Positions 54,001 through 63,276 of a stretch of DNA of 64,000 nt are shown here, in pieces (position 1 is the first letter of the stretch; each line of letters starts with the position of its first letter). The position numbers were made by a program, and so were the translations under genes. Location: NCBI RefSeq assembly GCF_963676685.1, contig NC_092344.1:125054001-125118000 (forward strand), read 5' to 3'. The notes beneath the pieces were generated by a model. That model had not been told where the DNA came from and did no database searches. It saw only the letters and a program-made list of their open reading frames with translations. The stretch comes from Mytilus edulis. Taxonomy: Eukaryota.

Positions 54001-56523
54001 AAATGAAGTGAGATTCTGACTATGTTTGTTTCTGCGTGTTGAATAAATTTTATCATGTTTTGGTTATATTAGTGGATTGCTATATTTTGGTTTCTATGTT
54101 TTATTGTTTCGTTGTTTCAGATCAATGGGACCAAGCTGTTAAAAACAATTATCTTTTGTGTTTTTTCCTTTAAAATCTTCAATGTTTTACTCATACCAAG
54201 CTATAAATACATTCAGTATTTACACCAAAGCAATTTAAAACAACAACCATAATTTTCCAATTATTCAACTTGAATTTGAATTAAAATTGGGCATGAATGA
54301 GTAGAGTGTGAATGTGCGAACGTGTAGGGTGCGAAAATGTATTGGGCACAAACAGACCTGATGCCACACAGTCTGAACCCCCTTCTCCCACAAAATATTA
54401 AGTAAATAATCTTTTTGTTACTGCTATCAAAGGTCTAATGAAACTCAGATAGTTTCAAACATTTGTCAAAGAATTCTAGTCAAACTGGCACCTAGTTAAA
54501 TTGGCACCTGAACGTCGTAGGAAGGCGTCCCAGAAAAATAATAAAATAGCCTTGCCAGACGTCATAATTATTTGGACTAATACATGAGATATTGTGTATT
54601 TTTCTGCATTATTTTAACCAGTTGAGCATTTTACAGGATTGTTGGTTTAATGCTGTTTAAACTTTACTGAAAAACAAACACCTTAAATTTGCTAATTATT
54701 TGGCATGAAAGTTTGATTTATTGAAAGGGACTCATAGTTTTCCATTTTATTTTAATAATTGACTTGTTTTTACAATTACACAAATTGTCTAAGTGTAATT
54801 GTCTAATTGTTAAAACAACAGCTTTGGTAAGGGCTTCGTTGTTTACCTTTATACACTACATATTCACTTTCGTTTCGTGGTTTACCGAAATACACAACAA
54901 CATATTCACTATGTACTTGGTAACAGTAATTAATTAATTGAATAGAAAATATTATATCAAATATTATTGGATGCCGAATTGACGTCGAATAGGTGCCGAT
55001 TTGACTAGATGCCAATTTAACCAGGTGCCGACTTGACTTGTACGTTTCAATTCCTCTGCGATCGTTTGCGGTATTTTCTTGAGAAAACCTATTTTCCATC
55101 ATCAAAGAGAAGAAGAAACTGCTTTAAAATGATTCTGGAACGCTTCATGATTGTTAAAATAAGTTTAATTCACTCAAAAACAATTTTAAAACTTGCGATT
55201 AAACAGGAAGTTTCCAAAGCACGTGTAAAAGAAGAAATTAACCGGTGAGAGTGGAAATCCGTATATGACAGACATCCCTATAGTACGACTTTGAAAGTAA
55301 AACAGTTCAATCCTTTTGTAAAACAATCTTTAATATACCTATCACATTAATGTTTAAATGGTCTTAAGCTTATTCAAACCATATAAGTCGGTATGAAACA
55401 CCAAAACGGAATGAACAATAACCGATTACGTTTTGTAGTTTACAAATTCTAAAACTGGTTCCCGTCAAACTACAACACTTTGTTCGAGTGTAGTGGAATA
55501 CAAGCAAAAACCAGTGTAAACTGGGTCCTGGCTGGTTTAATACTACACAACGATGCATAATGATAACACAAGCAGGTTCCAGTTTGTTTGGAAAATAGGA
55601 AATACGAAACCAAGCGCGGTAGGCAGAGCAATGTAATGAAGTTCAGGTCGGCAGTTATGGAACAATGACTGCGTCATTTTCCAAAAACAAATTATAAGAT
55701 AAATAGTATGTTCTAAAACACAAGGAAAAGTAATCTCATAATACAATAATTAAACGTAATACTGGCTGTTATTCATAATAGATGATAAAATATTATGTAA
55801 ATAATGTTTCATTTTTTTCTATCAATTTAAACTTTCTTGTCGCTAAAATTATTTTCTTTTGCATATTCTTTTATTATTTATTGCAATAATTAATTTTAAT
55901 TTAAAAAAAATGTTTTCTTGTCGCTTCTTGTCGCTAATTAGTAAGACCGCATTTTTTCATCAAAGTAATAGCTGACACATTTTCGTATCCAATCATTTAT
56001 TAGCAATTTTATTATTGATTTTTGAAGATCATCCAATCACATTAACCGTTATAAAGTGGCTACACGTTAGTCGTTACGAGTCCAAAAACCATGAGGCATG
56101 CACGTTTACCAAAATATCGTAAACTCTGACCTTTTATCACTTGACCAATGTCTTGACCTTAGAAGCCATTAAATTGTTTGCCTTCCAACTGGACCAGGAT
56201 AGAAATTATTTCTATTAAAATGCACCAATGAGAACAGTTGTGCCATACGGCCAAAAGATAGAGGATTAAAGATATCCACAGTACATCGTGTTAACATTCG
56301 TGTGAGCTTGTGTAAATTAAAATATTTGCTCATTAATGAAAAGAAACAAACTTACATGAGAAAGGTTTGTGATTCCTAGCAAGAAGCAAATAGAATCCAG
56401 AATATTTGATTTTCCACTGCCATTTAACCCTGTTATAGCGTTAAAAAGGGGATCAAATCCGTTGATTTCTGTTCTTTGAGCATACGACTTAAAGCCGTCT
56501 ACGACCATAGATTTAATATGCAT
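20893..56523 (-). CDS. SMC2: Structural maintenance of chromosomes protein 2 (condensin subunit SMC2/CAP-E), 24 coding exons, 1207 aa or 1184 aa depending on last exon
   Basis: Hand-spliced exons, all GT-AG with consistent phases: E1 56523-56356, E2 49620-49471, E3 49016-48855, E4 47550-47440, E5 46723-46586, E6 46372-46295, E7 43336-43124, E8 42661-42472, E9 42026-41972, E10 41460-41340, E11 40800-40682, E12 39574-39436, E13 38342-38196, E14 36850-36646, E15 35662-35527, E16 35064-34940, E17 34576-34383, E18 33565-33422, E19 32985-32791, E20 30988-30788, E21 29228-29103, E22 28795-28644, E23 23805-23658, E24a 21270-21133 or E24b 21099-20893. Motifs: GFKSY, Walker [34 protein letters not shown], hinge (GTLTGG), signature LSGGQRSL, Walker B/D-loop [23 protein letters not shown]. 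Confidence 0.97.
21133..21270 (-). CDS. SMC2: SMC2 terminal exon copy A (proximal): [45 protein letters not shown]
   Basis: Acceptor TTTTATTTTCAG immediately upstream, phase 0 matching the E23 donor, open to TAA at 21135-21133. Confidence 0.8.
   Translation of the reverse strand, partial: FIVVSLKDGMFQNANVLYKTRFIDGVSTVERFTSTTAPSTSRDIT
22146..23336. mobile_element. hAT-like MITE with 6-bp TSD in SMC2 intron 23
   Basis: TIRs CAGGGCTCACACTAC / GTAGCGTGAGCCCTG (14/15). TSD ATGTAT at 22140-22145 and 23337-23342. Confidence 0.8.
23739..27048 (-). repeat. 83-bp tandem array (~40 copies) made of the SMC2 intron22/exon23 acceptor junction
   Basis: Unit is 16 nt of intron (TTAATTCTCTTTCTAG) plus the first 67 nt of exon 23. 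Period verified at 23739 and 23822. Confidence 0.95.
27916..28750 (-). repeat. ~96-bp tandem array (~8 copies) derived from the 3' part of SMC2 exon 22 and its donor
   Basis: Units at 27945, 28041, 28137 and onward contain degenerate GAAGGTCAATC...GGGTTGGAGGTCAAAG...CAGTGAATTGAGTG joined to GTAAGTTATC. Confidence 0.9.
28820..29152 (-). repeat. Degenerate ~60-bp tandem copies of the SMC2 exon 21 3' end and donor
   Basis: About 4 diverged copies of the motif TATTTACTTGTTCCxAAGCCTTTTTCAAAGCCTCATTxTTTTTCTGA. Confidence 0.65.
29537..30258 (-). mobile_element. Helentron-associated / pearl-like element with ~178-bp tandem cores
   Basis: Minus strand begins TTTTTATGGCCCCGCAACGAAGTTG (hairpin), has subterminal IR ATGGCCCCG/CGGGGCCAT, about 3 internal core repeats and a 3' hairpin ATGTCGCTTTGACAT. 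Confidence 0.6.
30968..32176 (-). repeat. 39-bp tandem array (~30 copies) of the SMC2 intron19/exon20 acceptor junction
   Basis: Unit (sense) TTGTTTTCTGACAG|GTGRATAGTTTATTACAAAATAACT. The gene-proximal copy is the real exon 20 start. Confidence 0.95.
32379..32840 (-). repeat. 58-bp tandem array (8 copies incl. the real one) of the SMC2 exon19/intron19 donor junction
   Basis: Unit is the last ~49 nt of exon 19 (...AAACAG) plus GT and a few intronic nt. Confidence 0.9.
35091..35350 (-). mobile_element. 5'-truncated copy of the tRNA-SINE at 13173-13512
   Basis: The reverse complement matches 13255-13505 closely. Confidence 0.85.
35815..36484. mobile_element. Tc1/mariner (pogo/Tigger-like) MITE
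   Basis: TIRs CAGTGAAACCTGTCCAAACCGAAC / GTTCGGTTTACCCAGGTTTCACTG with a TA target duplication. Confidence 0.85.
36487..36659 (-). repeat. 40-bp tandem array (~4 copies) of the SMC2 exon14 donor junction
   Basis: Unit (sense) ACATTAACAGGAG|GTAGGTCAATATATAGCACATAACGAA. Confidence 0.8.
36922..37280 (-). mobile_element. ~360-bp hammerhead-containing retroposed insertion (retrozyme or Penelope pLTR-like)
   Basis: Flanked by a 19-bp direct repeat CTTTA(C/T)CAATCTCAAAATA (36903-36921 and 37281-37299). Contains a hammerhead motif followed by AATAAA. Confidence 0.65.
36964..37006 (-). ncRNA. Minimal type-I hammerhead ribozyme
   Basis: Minus strand reads TTGTC-CTGATGA-A-GCCGAT-CTA-ATCGGC-GAAAC-AT-GTC-GACAA. 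This gives stem I TTGTC/GACAA, core CUGAUGA and GAAA, a 6-bp stem II, a palindromic minimal stem III ACATGT and a GUC cleavage triplet. Confidence 0.85.
37420..38290 (-). repeat. ~143-bp tandem array (6 copies incl. the real one) of SMC2 exon13 3' part and donor
   Basis: Intact GTAAGT donors near 37470, 37614, 37757, 37900, 38051 and 38195 (real). Each unit has ~95 exonic nt. Confidence 0.92.
38755..39352. mobile_element. Degenerate TIR element (Kolobok/piggyBac-like, TTAA context)
   Basis: Imperfect TIRs AAGGAGTATGTCCAGTAAG / CTTACCGGGACCTTCTCCTT. TTAA is present on the left flank only. Confidence 0.5.
42143..42325. repeat. 30-bp minisatellite (~6 copies)
   Basis: (TTRATTGTCATGGTTTGTAATTGTGTAATG)n. 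Not exon-derived. Confidence 0.9.
43416..45318. repeat. 40-bp minisatellite split by a transposon
   Basis: (GGCAGAGTGGTTAAATTTCATATGGCACTGCCAAAAACCT)n at 43416-43800 and 45098-45318. Confidence 0.9.
43801..45097. mobile_element. hAT-like non-autonomous element
   Basis: Imperfect TIRs CAGGGTTTAAGCTAG / CTAGCAAAATCACTG. 8-bp TSD CATATGGC at 43793-43800 and 45098-45105. Confidence 0.8.
45530..46305 (-). repeat. 69-bp tandem array (~11 copies) of the SMC2 exon6 donor junction
   Basis: Unit contains AAATGGTTGAG|GTGAGATAAAG. Period verified at 45601 and 45670. Confidence 0.92.
47538..47726 (-). repeat. ~61-bp tandem triplication of the SMC2 exon4 acceptor junction
   Basis: ATCATTGACAATATCTA...AGAGTCAAAATTTATACAA repeated three times. 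The first copy is the real exon 4 start. Confidence 0.85.
47893..48591. mobile_element. MITE with 33-bp TIRs and 6-bp TSD
   Basis: TIRs CAGTCAGGGGTGGTACTTAAACAAGTGATTTCA / TGAAATCACTTGTTTAAGTAGCACCCCTGACTG. TSD ATGTAT at 47887-47892 and 48592-48597. Confidence 0.85.
51020..52748 (-). mobile_element. Non-autonomous hAT-type element with 5-bp TSD and decayed transposase C-terminus
   Basis: Perfect TIRs CAGTGTTCCAGCTAG / CTAGCTGGAACACTG and TSD TAGTA. Minus strand ~51370-51540 reads [11 protein letters not shown]...[23 protein letters not shown] (hAT dimerisation domain, disrupted). Confidence 0.8.
51789..51893. mobile_element. 105-bp fold-back mini-transposon
   Basis: Almost fully palindromic (CACAGACACTTGTTTC... 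/ ...GAAACAAGTGTCTGTG). Perfect 8-bp TSD ATTTCAAT at 51781-51788 and 51894-51901. Confidence 0.85.
52919..53175. mobile_element. PIF/Harbinger-like MITE
   Basis: TIRs GGCCAATTAAAATTAATTGGTAGATTTTCATCC / GGATGAAAATCTACTAATTAATTTTAGTTGGCC with a TAA TSD. Confidence 0.8.
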
Positions 56524-56570
56524 TGCCAAAAGTTGTAAATGTTGTTTTTAAATCATCTGTCTGTTTTCAT

Positions 56571-56621
56571 TTCAAACTGGCGCTCAAAAATAATAATGTA
56601 CGCGCATGACTGAACGGAAGT
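56571..56621 (-). promoter_or_regulatory. Candidate cell-cycle promoter elements of SMC2 (E2F/CDE-CHR and ETS-like site)
   Basis: SMC2 sense strand reads TTTTGAGCGCCAGTTTGAAA, a GC-rich E2F/CDE-like element next to the CHR consensus TTTGAA (56571-56576), ~50 nt upstream of the ATG. CGGAAGT lies at 56615-56621. These are short motifs, so the call is an inference. Confidence 0.5.
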
Positions 56622-56843
56622 AAGACATTAATAATACGAATCAAAACAATTGACGGTTGTACTCGAGATACTATTTCCGGATAAAATATTTTCCAACCGT
56701 GCTGGATAGGAGGACCTTTTTCGGTTATATGGATTGAGCCGTTTGACAATTCGGAATAATTCAATTATAAAATTGCATGGACGTCATGATTTTATAACAT
56801 CGTGATGTGGGAACAGACACATTATATTCACTAGCAATTGGGG

Positions 56844-57004
56844 ACAGTGGCGGATCCAGAGGGGGGGTTCCGGGGGTCCGCACCCCCCCTTTATTTTGGC
56901 CGATCAATGCATTTGAATCGGGACATATGTTTGCACCCCCCCTGCACCCCCCCTTTGCCCTGGGCTAGCACCCCCCCTTTCGAAAATTCCTGCATCCGCC
57001 ACTG
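56844..57004. mobile_element. Short GC-rich hAT-like MITE
   Basis: TIRs CAGTGGCGGAT / ATCCGCCACTG with G/C tracts inside. Flanks TGGGA/GGGGA may be a 5-bp TSD. Confidence 0.75.
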
Positions 57005-57330
57005 GGGGAGCTGGCTTAATTTAGTTCAACTGACTATAGTATAATGATACATTTAGTGGCACTTAGACTTGCTACAATTCCCTTTCTAATATTTCTCTCT
57101 TACTAATTTATATGTTTACTGATAAGTGCCAGCCTACTGATTGCCCTTGGAGAAAGGGACTTGTATAATAACATTTTATACCGACCAGATACTGGTCGGT
57201 AAGAGGTTATTATTTCACATCTGCTGATAATAGATAATTAGACTGTCATGTGTATATATCCCATGCTGTTCTCCCATATTTTATCTCAAGTAGATTACAA
57301 TTTCACTTTTCTTATGATTCTTACATCAAA

Positions 57331-59413
57331 ATGGATACAGATGTCATATCTGCTGCAATAGATTTTGGATTACAAAAGTTGTCATTTACTGAAATCAAAA
57401 TTAACCAGAGAAAAGTTGTAGAAAGCTTTTTGGCAGGCAAAGATGTATTTTTCTGTTCTCCAACTGGAAGTGGCAAATCACTAACTTTTGAAATAGCACC
57501 TTTTGTATTTAAATATTTACAGAAGAATGATATGTGTATTGTACTTGTTATTTCGCCTCTAACATCTTTAATGCGTACACAGACTCAATCATTGAATAGA
57601 AAAGGGATTAAAGCAGTATATTTGAAGGACATTACCTCACCATCGAATTTTGAAGACAGCCTAACAAATCTTTCCTTAGTAGATGTAAAGGATGGCAAAA
57701 TTGACATTATTTTCTCCAGTCCAGAGTCACTTATTGGACATGAAAGAAAATTACTATTGGATTTGGCAAAGAAAAAATTTATCAAGACAGTATTTGTAGA
57801 TGAAGCTCACTGCATAAAAAAGTTGTAAGTATTTATTTTTGTACATATAATAATGTATAATACTAAAGTAGAAAAACAAATCATCTGAATCGCTCTAACA
57901 TAAGCTATAACATACATAAGAATAAATATGTATATCTTAAAAACAGTACATGCATACAAAAGAACATCATATATTTATAAATGTATATATATCTGTACAT
58001 GCAATAACTATTTAATGTTTATTTATTCAAAACATTCTCATTTAATTTTACTTTTAATAATTAATCACCTTTTTATTTGAATATTTCTGTTATTATTATG
58101 AAAGATTATTCTGCCAATGGTATCCAAATTAAAAACTTTCAATTCATATTGTGATGTTTTGAAAGATGTATGAAATATTTGCTACTGGACTGTTGGATAT
58201 CTACAATAATTAAGATTTTATAAATATGTTTTCTATGGTACTTACATAATTTTTCTTATGAAATACTTCGTTGTAATGCTTAGGCATTTTTATGAGACCT
58301 ATGCAGATTTATATTGCAATATGATTAATTAATTTTAATTTTTTCAGTGGGCTTCCAGATAAAAAGAAGAAGAAATTGGCATATAGACCATGTTATGGCC
58401 GACTTGACGAAATTCGTTCACTTGTTGGGGGTCATGTACCAGTAGTGGCTCTAACAGCAACAGCTACAGAGGAAACCAAAGCTGTCATTAAAAAGCAACT
58501 TTGTATGGATAACTGCACTGAGATTATGGTAAATCCCGACAAAAAGAATGTAACATACTGGGTACATAATTTACCTTCAGATGATATTTGCACCAATTTT
58601 AGATGGTTAGTAAATTTATTAAGAGGATATAAGCAGGCCACTTCAAGGATGATTATATTCTTTAGGCAAATCAAACACATGGCAGACGTATATGAATATC
58701 TTGAAACATCCCTTAAGCATGATGCTTACATAGACTTCAAAGAGGGAGGACCAAATGATAACAGAAATCGCCTTTTTGACATGTTCCACATGAAAACCGA
58801 TGATGACGTAAAAGATTTTATTTGTACATCCTACATGAATCCAAACGGTAATATTAGAGTTGTTCTATGTTCAACATCCTTTAGCATGGGTCTAGATGTA
58901 AAAGGTGTGGATACAGTTATACATTATGGTCCAGCTAATGATGTTGATGACTATGTACAAGAATCTGGTCGTGCTGGTAGGGAACCTTCACAACAATGCA
59001 ATGCTATTCTACTAACTTACAAAAGATGTTTAGGAAGTCAAAATATATTCCCATCTATGAAAGAATATGTTAAATCTAAAACCTGTAGACGGGCGTTTAT
59101 TCTAAATATATTTAAAACAATTGTTGAACATGCACATATACCTCACTTTTGTTGTGATATTTGTCGTCTCTCGTGCAAATGTGCATGCAGTTGTGAAGAT
59201 GAATGTGTATGTACAAACACTTGCAATCAAGTTCTCCCTAAAATAAACACAGCTATTATGTCAAATGAGGACAATGATGATAGTGATGATAACGATGACA
59301 ATGACATTACAGAACTGGATGATATGTTTTCAAGTGATAGTGACAGTGATGTTTTAGAATCGTCAACAAGAAAACCACAAGTCATTTACAGTTCAGATGA
59401 TGAAATGTTTTGA
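57331..59413 (+). CDS. RecQ-like SF2 DEAH helicase (519 aa, 2 exons), AcademH accessory helicase
   Basis: Exons 57331-57824 and 58348-59413 (phase 2, GT-AG) join to DEAHCIKKFGLPDKKKKKLAYRPCYGRL. Motifs I SPTGSGKS, Ia VISPLTSLM, II DEAH, III ALTATA, V SMGLD, VI QESGRAGR, and RecQ Zn-binding CRR...CCDIC. It has an acidic tail and no winged-helix or HRDC domain. Confidence 0.9.
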
Positions 59414-59431
59414 AACAATAAAATTGTTCTG

Positions 59432-62400
59432 CTAATAGAAATGTTTATTTTGAAACTTTTTTAAACTAGCACCAATCCAGTCTCTAACAAACTCCATGTC
59501 TAGCTCTGTAAGGGGATTTTCCTTCATGTTTGGATAGGCATAATGTGATCGGCCAGGAATGAAATCGAATAAATTACATGCCTGGAATTGTCTGACCAAA
59601 GTTATAATGTCAATTTCCTTGTCACATGTTTTATGTCGTCCTGATGGAACATGCACGTTGCACATTTTGTCAAACTGTTTGATAATTTCGTGGACTTTCA
59701 TAGCACTCTTACTGACTCTCGAAACCACTTTCTCAGTAAAAACACCTCTGTAACTATGGGCAGAATCTTTAAATACCTTATTACAATGTTCTACATCTAA
59801 ATCATTAGGATGATTTGTGTTTGCGTCCCCCTTATGTTTTACAGTTCTGTTCCATATCAGTCTGTGTGCCTGGCGTTCTGTTAACAGAACTTCAGTTTGG
59901 GCTATAGTTTCCAAAGTACCAAAGGCGTATTTTGTACAATGACAATATTTATAATACAAAACAAGGAACTGGTCAATTCTCAACATCCTTGATCCATCAC
60001 CCATATGAATTGCATCGTTGTGATCCATTCGTAATAAACCCAATGTTAAAACCAACTTTGTATATGCACTAACTCCATCAGATTCATTTTCGTTATCCTT
60101 GCCACTTGATACTTTTTCCTTAGCAAAAAGGGGGTCATAATGACCATGAATGGAGGATTCGTGTTTTCTGAGGGAATGTGGTTGTTTGTACTTTTTTCCA
60201 CAGTATCTACAATTATACGTATTGCAATTTGGCCCATATTCTGGAAGTTTTGGTATTTCTGGCAATGTGAATGTCTTAACAAACGAGCGTGCCTGATCAA
60301 AAATATATTTTTTCATTTCATTTGTATTCCCAACTGCACCCTCATACACATTTTTACAGGGTAAAGAGTCTATACTTTCCATTCCAAAATGAGTAAGACC
60401 ACCTGTTATAATATATGCTGTGGTAACTTTCTCAACAAGATCAGAAGCTGCATAAAAATCATCAGCCGGATCTTGGGTAACATTTCTTGCATTTATGGTA
60501 TTGCGTGCTGCATACAGAGTTCCCTGGTCTCTAGCTGACGAGGTTGAGTAGAGCAACTTCCAAATGACCTGAAATTGAAACAATCAGACAGATTACGGGT
60601 TTAACAATGAAAAAATATGCATTTCTCAAAAAATAAAAGTGTTTTTCTGAAAAAATATATTCAAAATAAATATCAACTTACAACTTAATCTATTTCAAAT
60701 TATCTTTCTTATGTAGATATAAAAAAGAAGATGTGGTATGATTACCAATAAGACAACTGTCAACAAGAGACCAAAATGACACAGACATTAACAACTATAG
60801 GTCACTGTACGGCCTTCAACAATGAGCAAAGCCCATACCGCATTGTCAGCTATAAAAGGCCCCGTATTGACAATGTAAAACAAAACACATATGTAACACA
60901 TAAACAAACGACAACCACTAAATTACAGGCTCCTGACTTGGGACAGGCACATACATAAATAATGTGGCGGGGTTAAACATGTAAGCGGGATCCCATCCCT
61001 CCCCCTAACCTGGGACAGTGGTATAACAGTACAACATAAGAACAAACTATAAAAATCAGTTGAAAAAGGCTTAACTCATCAGATGGAAAAAATACAATTA
61101 GACGTGGCCAGGTACTTGTACATCCCGACAACAAAAAGACCCTAGGAACATTTCTGAGAGTACTCTCAGTTATCTGACAGCTAGTTCAAAGCCACTAACA
61201 ACTAATAAAAAATCATGCATCTTAGAGTATTGTAGACATTACCTTTAGCAACTCTCCCTGGTTGTGAAATTCTTCCATTTTAGGTACCAGTCCCTCTAAT
61301 CTTTTTGTTGGAGTTCGACCATTTCGTTTGGATGACTGTGCCTGTTTGTATCTCTCAAAAGTTAAATAGTCTCCTCCACTCAAGACTTTTTGTGGCTGTT
61401 TTGTCCAGTCATCTGTTTCATTGTGTCCAGGTACATACTTGTGCATAAATTCACAAATGTCTGTCATATCTTCGTTGTATTGCTCACTTTTCATCAAAAC
61501 TCCCATATTTATCTATTAAAAGCAAAATGAGGTACATGAAATTAAACACAATCAAATATAATTCTTATATGCATGTATAGTAAAAAAATTATTATATGTT
61601 TTGTACTTAAGTATTAATACTTTTTAATATATCAAAAAAAAAGATGTGGTTATGATTGCCTATGAGACCACTCCACAAGAGACCAAATGACTTTGAAATT
61701 AACAACTCTATGTTACTGTACGACCTTCAACAATGAGCCCAGTTAAGCATATTATTACTTTTTAGGGTTATAATCTTTTCGACTAATTTATATATATATA
61801 TATATACTATTGCTTGATTCTTAACATATATATCAACAAAACTTAAACTTATAGTGGGTTTATTGAAATATTTGTATAAATAGGTTTTTTGCTAAATATC
61901 AAGAGATAAAATGAAGGACACCATAACAAACAGTAATTTTCGAAGACTTAATTAAGATGCAGGATTTGAAAGTAACCATTTTTAAACACATACATGTAGG
62001 GTAGCCTTTTCCCTTTGTGAACCAAAGTCAAAGATTTGTCAAGATTATATAAATGTTTATGTTACATCCTTGTTCTTGTTTGCAATATGCATGTAATATT
62101 TGCCACTGACCATTTTTAACAATAATTGATAAAATTTTCATTAATTTGTTAATAATAACACATACAATATAAACTTACTCTTGCTGTTTTTTGTTTCATT
62201 TCTTTCATGTACTGATGCTCAATATTATCGGGAAGGACTGGTGCAAATATCTTGAAATGTGGAATATGCTGACTCCATATTTTTGCTACTAGGAAAGTGA
62301 AGTCACTAGCTATACTGTCCAATTCTAACTGATTCGGTATGAAAGTAGTGAAGGGCACTGTATTTGCATCTCCTTTGGCAACAGTGTTGTCTAGGTGGTT

Positions 62401-63276
62401 CCCTGAAATCCTGTTTTCATAGGCACATATTTGGTACATATGATGGTCTTTGTGTTGGTTATAGATTGTCATATTCCTGACTTTTGTACGCATATCTACA
62501 TTATCTCCTACAAAGTAAAAGCCAGGGTGCATTAAATCTCTGTACTGATGCAAATCATTTTCTGCATTAGAAAGTTCAAGAATTCGTTGTACCATTGTAT
62601 CAGCATCTCCATTCACCAAATCAATGGACTCTTTGATCATCTGTATGTTCTGAAGTAACACTAATTCATGTGACGTTTCAGTTGTTACTAGTTCTTGCAT
62701 GGCAACAAGATCCTTGTCCCAGTCATTCCCTAACTTGTCTGCCAAACTTAGCGTTGATTGGTAGCTTAAGCAGTCGTATGTGGCATTCAGTCGAGAAAAT
62801 GCAGACTTTTTGCAACCACCTTTCCACAAAATATAGCTATTAAAATGTTGAAAAGCATTTAAATCTTTGCTGTAAAGGGTCAAAAGTTTACAGCCAGCAG
62901 TCACTATGCCTGGTATTAAAGCTTCACCCTTTTTATACTTATTAAACTGATGTGCTGGGTTTGCTACCGCTGCCTCAAGTGATTTTAAAAAAGTAGGAGC
63001 CTTCTGTCTCCATTCATCTATAACTCTGGCAAATGTAAGAGACTTTATCTTGTCATGGTTACGTAAAATTGAGTTATTCTCTCTTAGTGCCAAAGTCTTA
63101 ATTTCTCCTTTGATGGTATCAAACACTGTTTCTTGGAAAACATCTAGTAAATCTGGAATTTTTGAAATTAATGAACCAACTGTAGGCATATCACCAGAGG
63201 TTAAGGCATCAAGAATTGGAAAGTGCTTCGCAGGCATGCACCGTATTTCATTTTTTAATCCACGGCATATTATAAC
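59432..63276 (-). CDS. Academ-type (DUF6589-like) DDE transposase, 5' end probably beyond the window
   Basis: Exons 63276-62179, 61512-61243 and 60568-59432, all phase 0, GT-AG and stop-free. Candidate catalytic motifs FVGDNVD, GGDYLT, EEFH (D/CxxH position) and DLDVEHCN. A C2H2 finger CRYCGKKYKQPHSLRKHESSIH lies in the insertion domain. Confidence 0.8.

Larger units (their letters stand above)
50763..55949. mobile_element. Large TIR element with 8-bp TSD, inflated by nested insertions (SMC2 intron 1)
   Basis: TIRs TGGTCTCACTAATTAGCGACAA / TTGTCGCTAATTAGTAAGACCG with subterminal AGCGACAA repeats. TSD CATTTTTT at 50755-50762 and 55950-55957. Confidence 0.75.

Noticed and set aside
57179-57201. 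10-bp hairpin TACCGACCAG-ATA-CTGGTCGGTA as the AcademH terminus
   Set aside because: It is a single short palindrome with no partner TIR or TSD in the window, so no role can be supported.
56356-59413. Prokaryote-style SMC plus helicase defence or repair operon (Wadjet/Lamassu-like)
   Set aside because: Both genes have spliceosomal introns, the SMC is canonical eukaryotic SMC2, and the helicase pairs with an Academ transposase.
57331-59413. Host RecQ orthologue (BLM, WRN, RECQL1/4/5)
   Set aside because: It is short, nearly intronless, lacks winged-helix, HRDC and N-terminal domains, and sits tail-to-tail with a transposase. No gene symbol was assigned.
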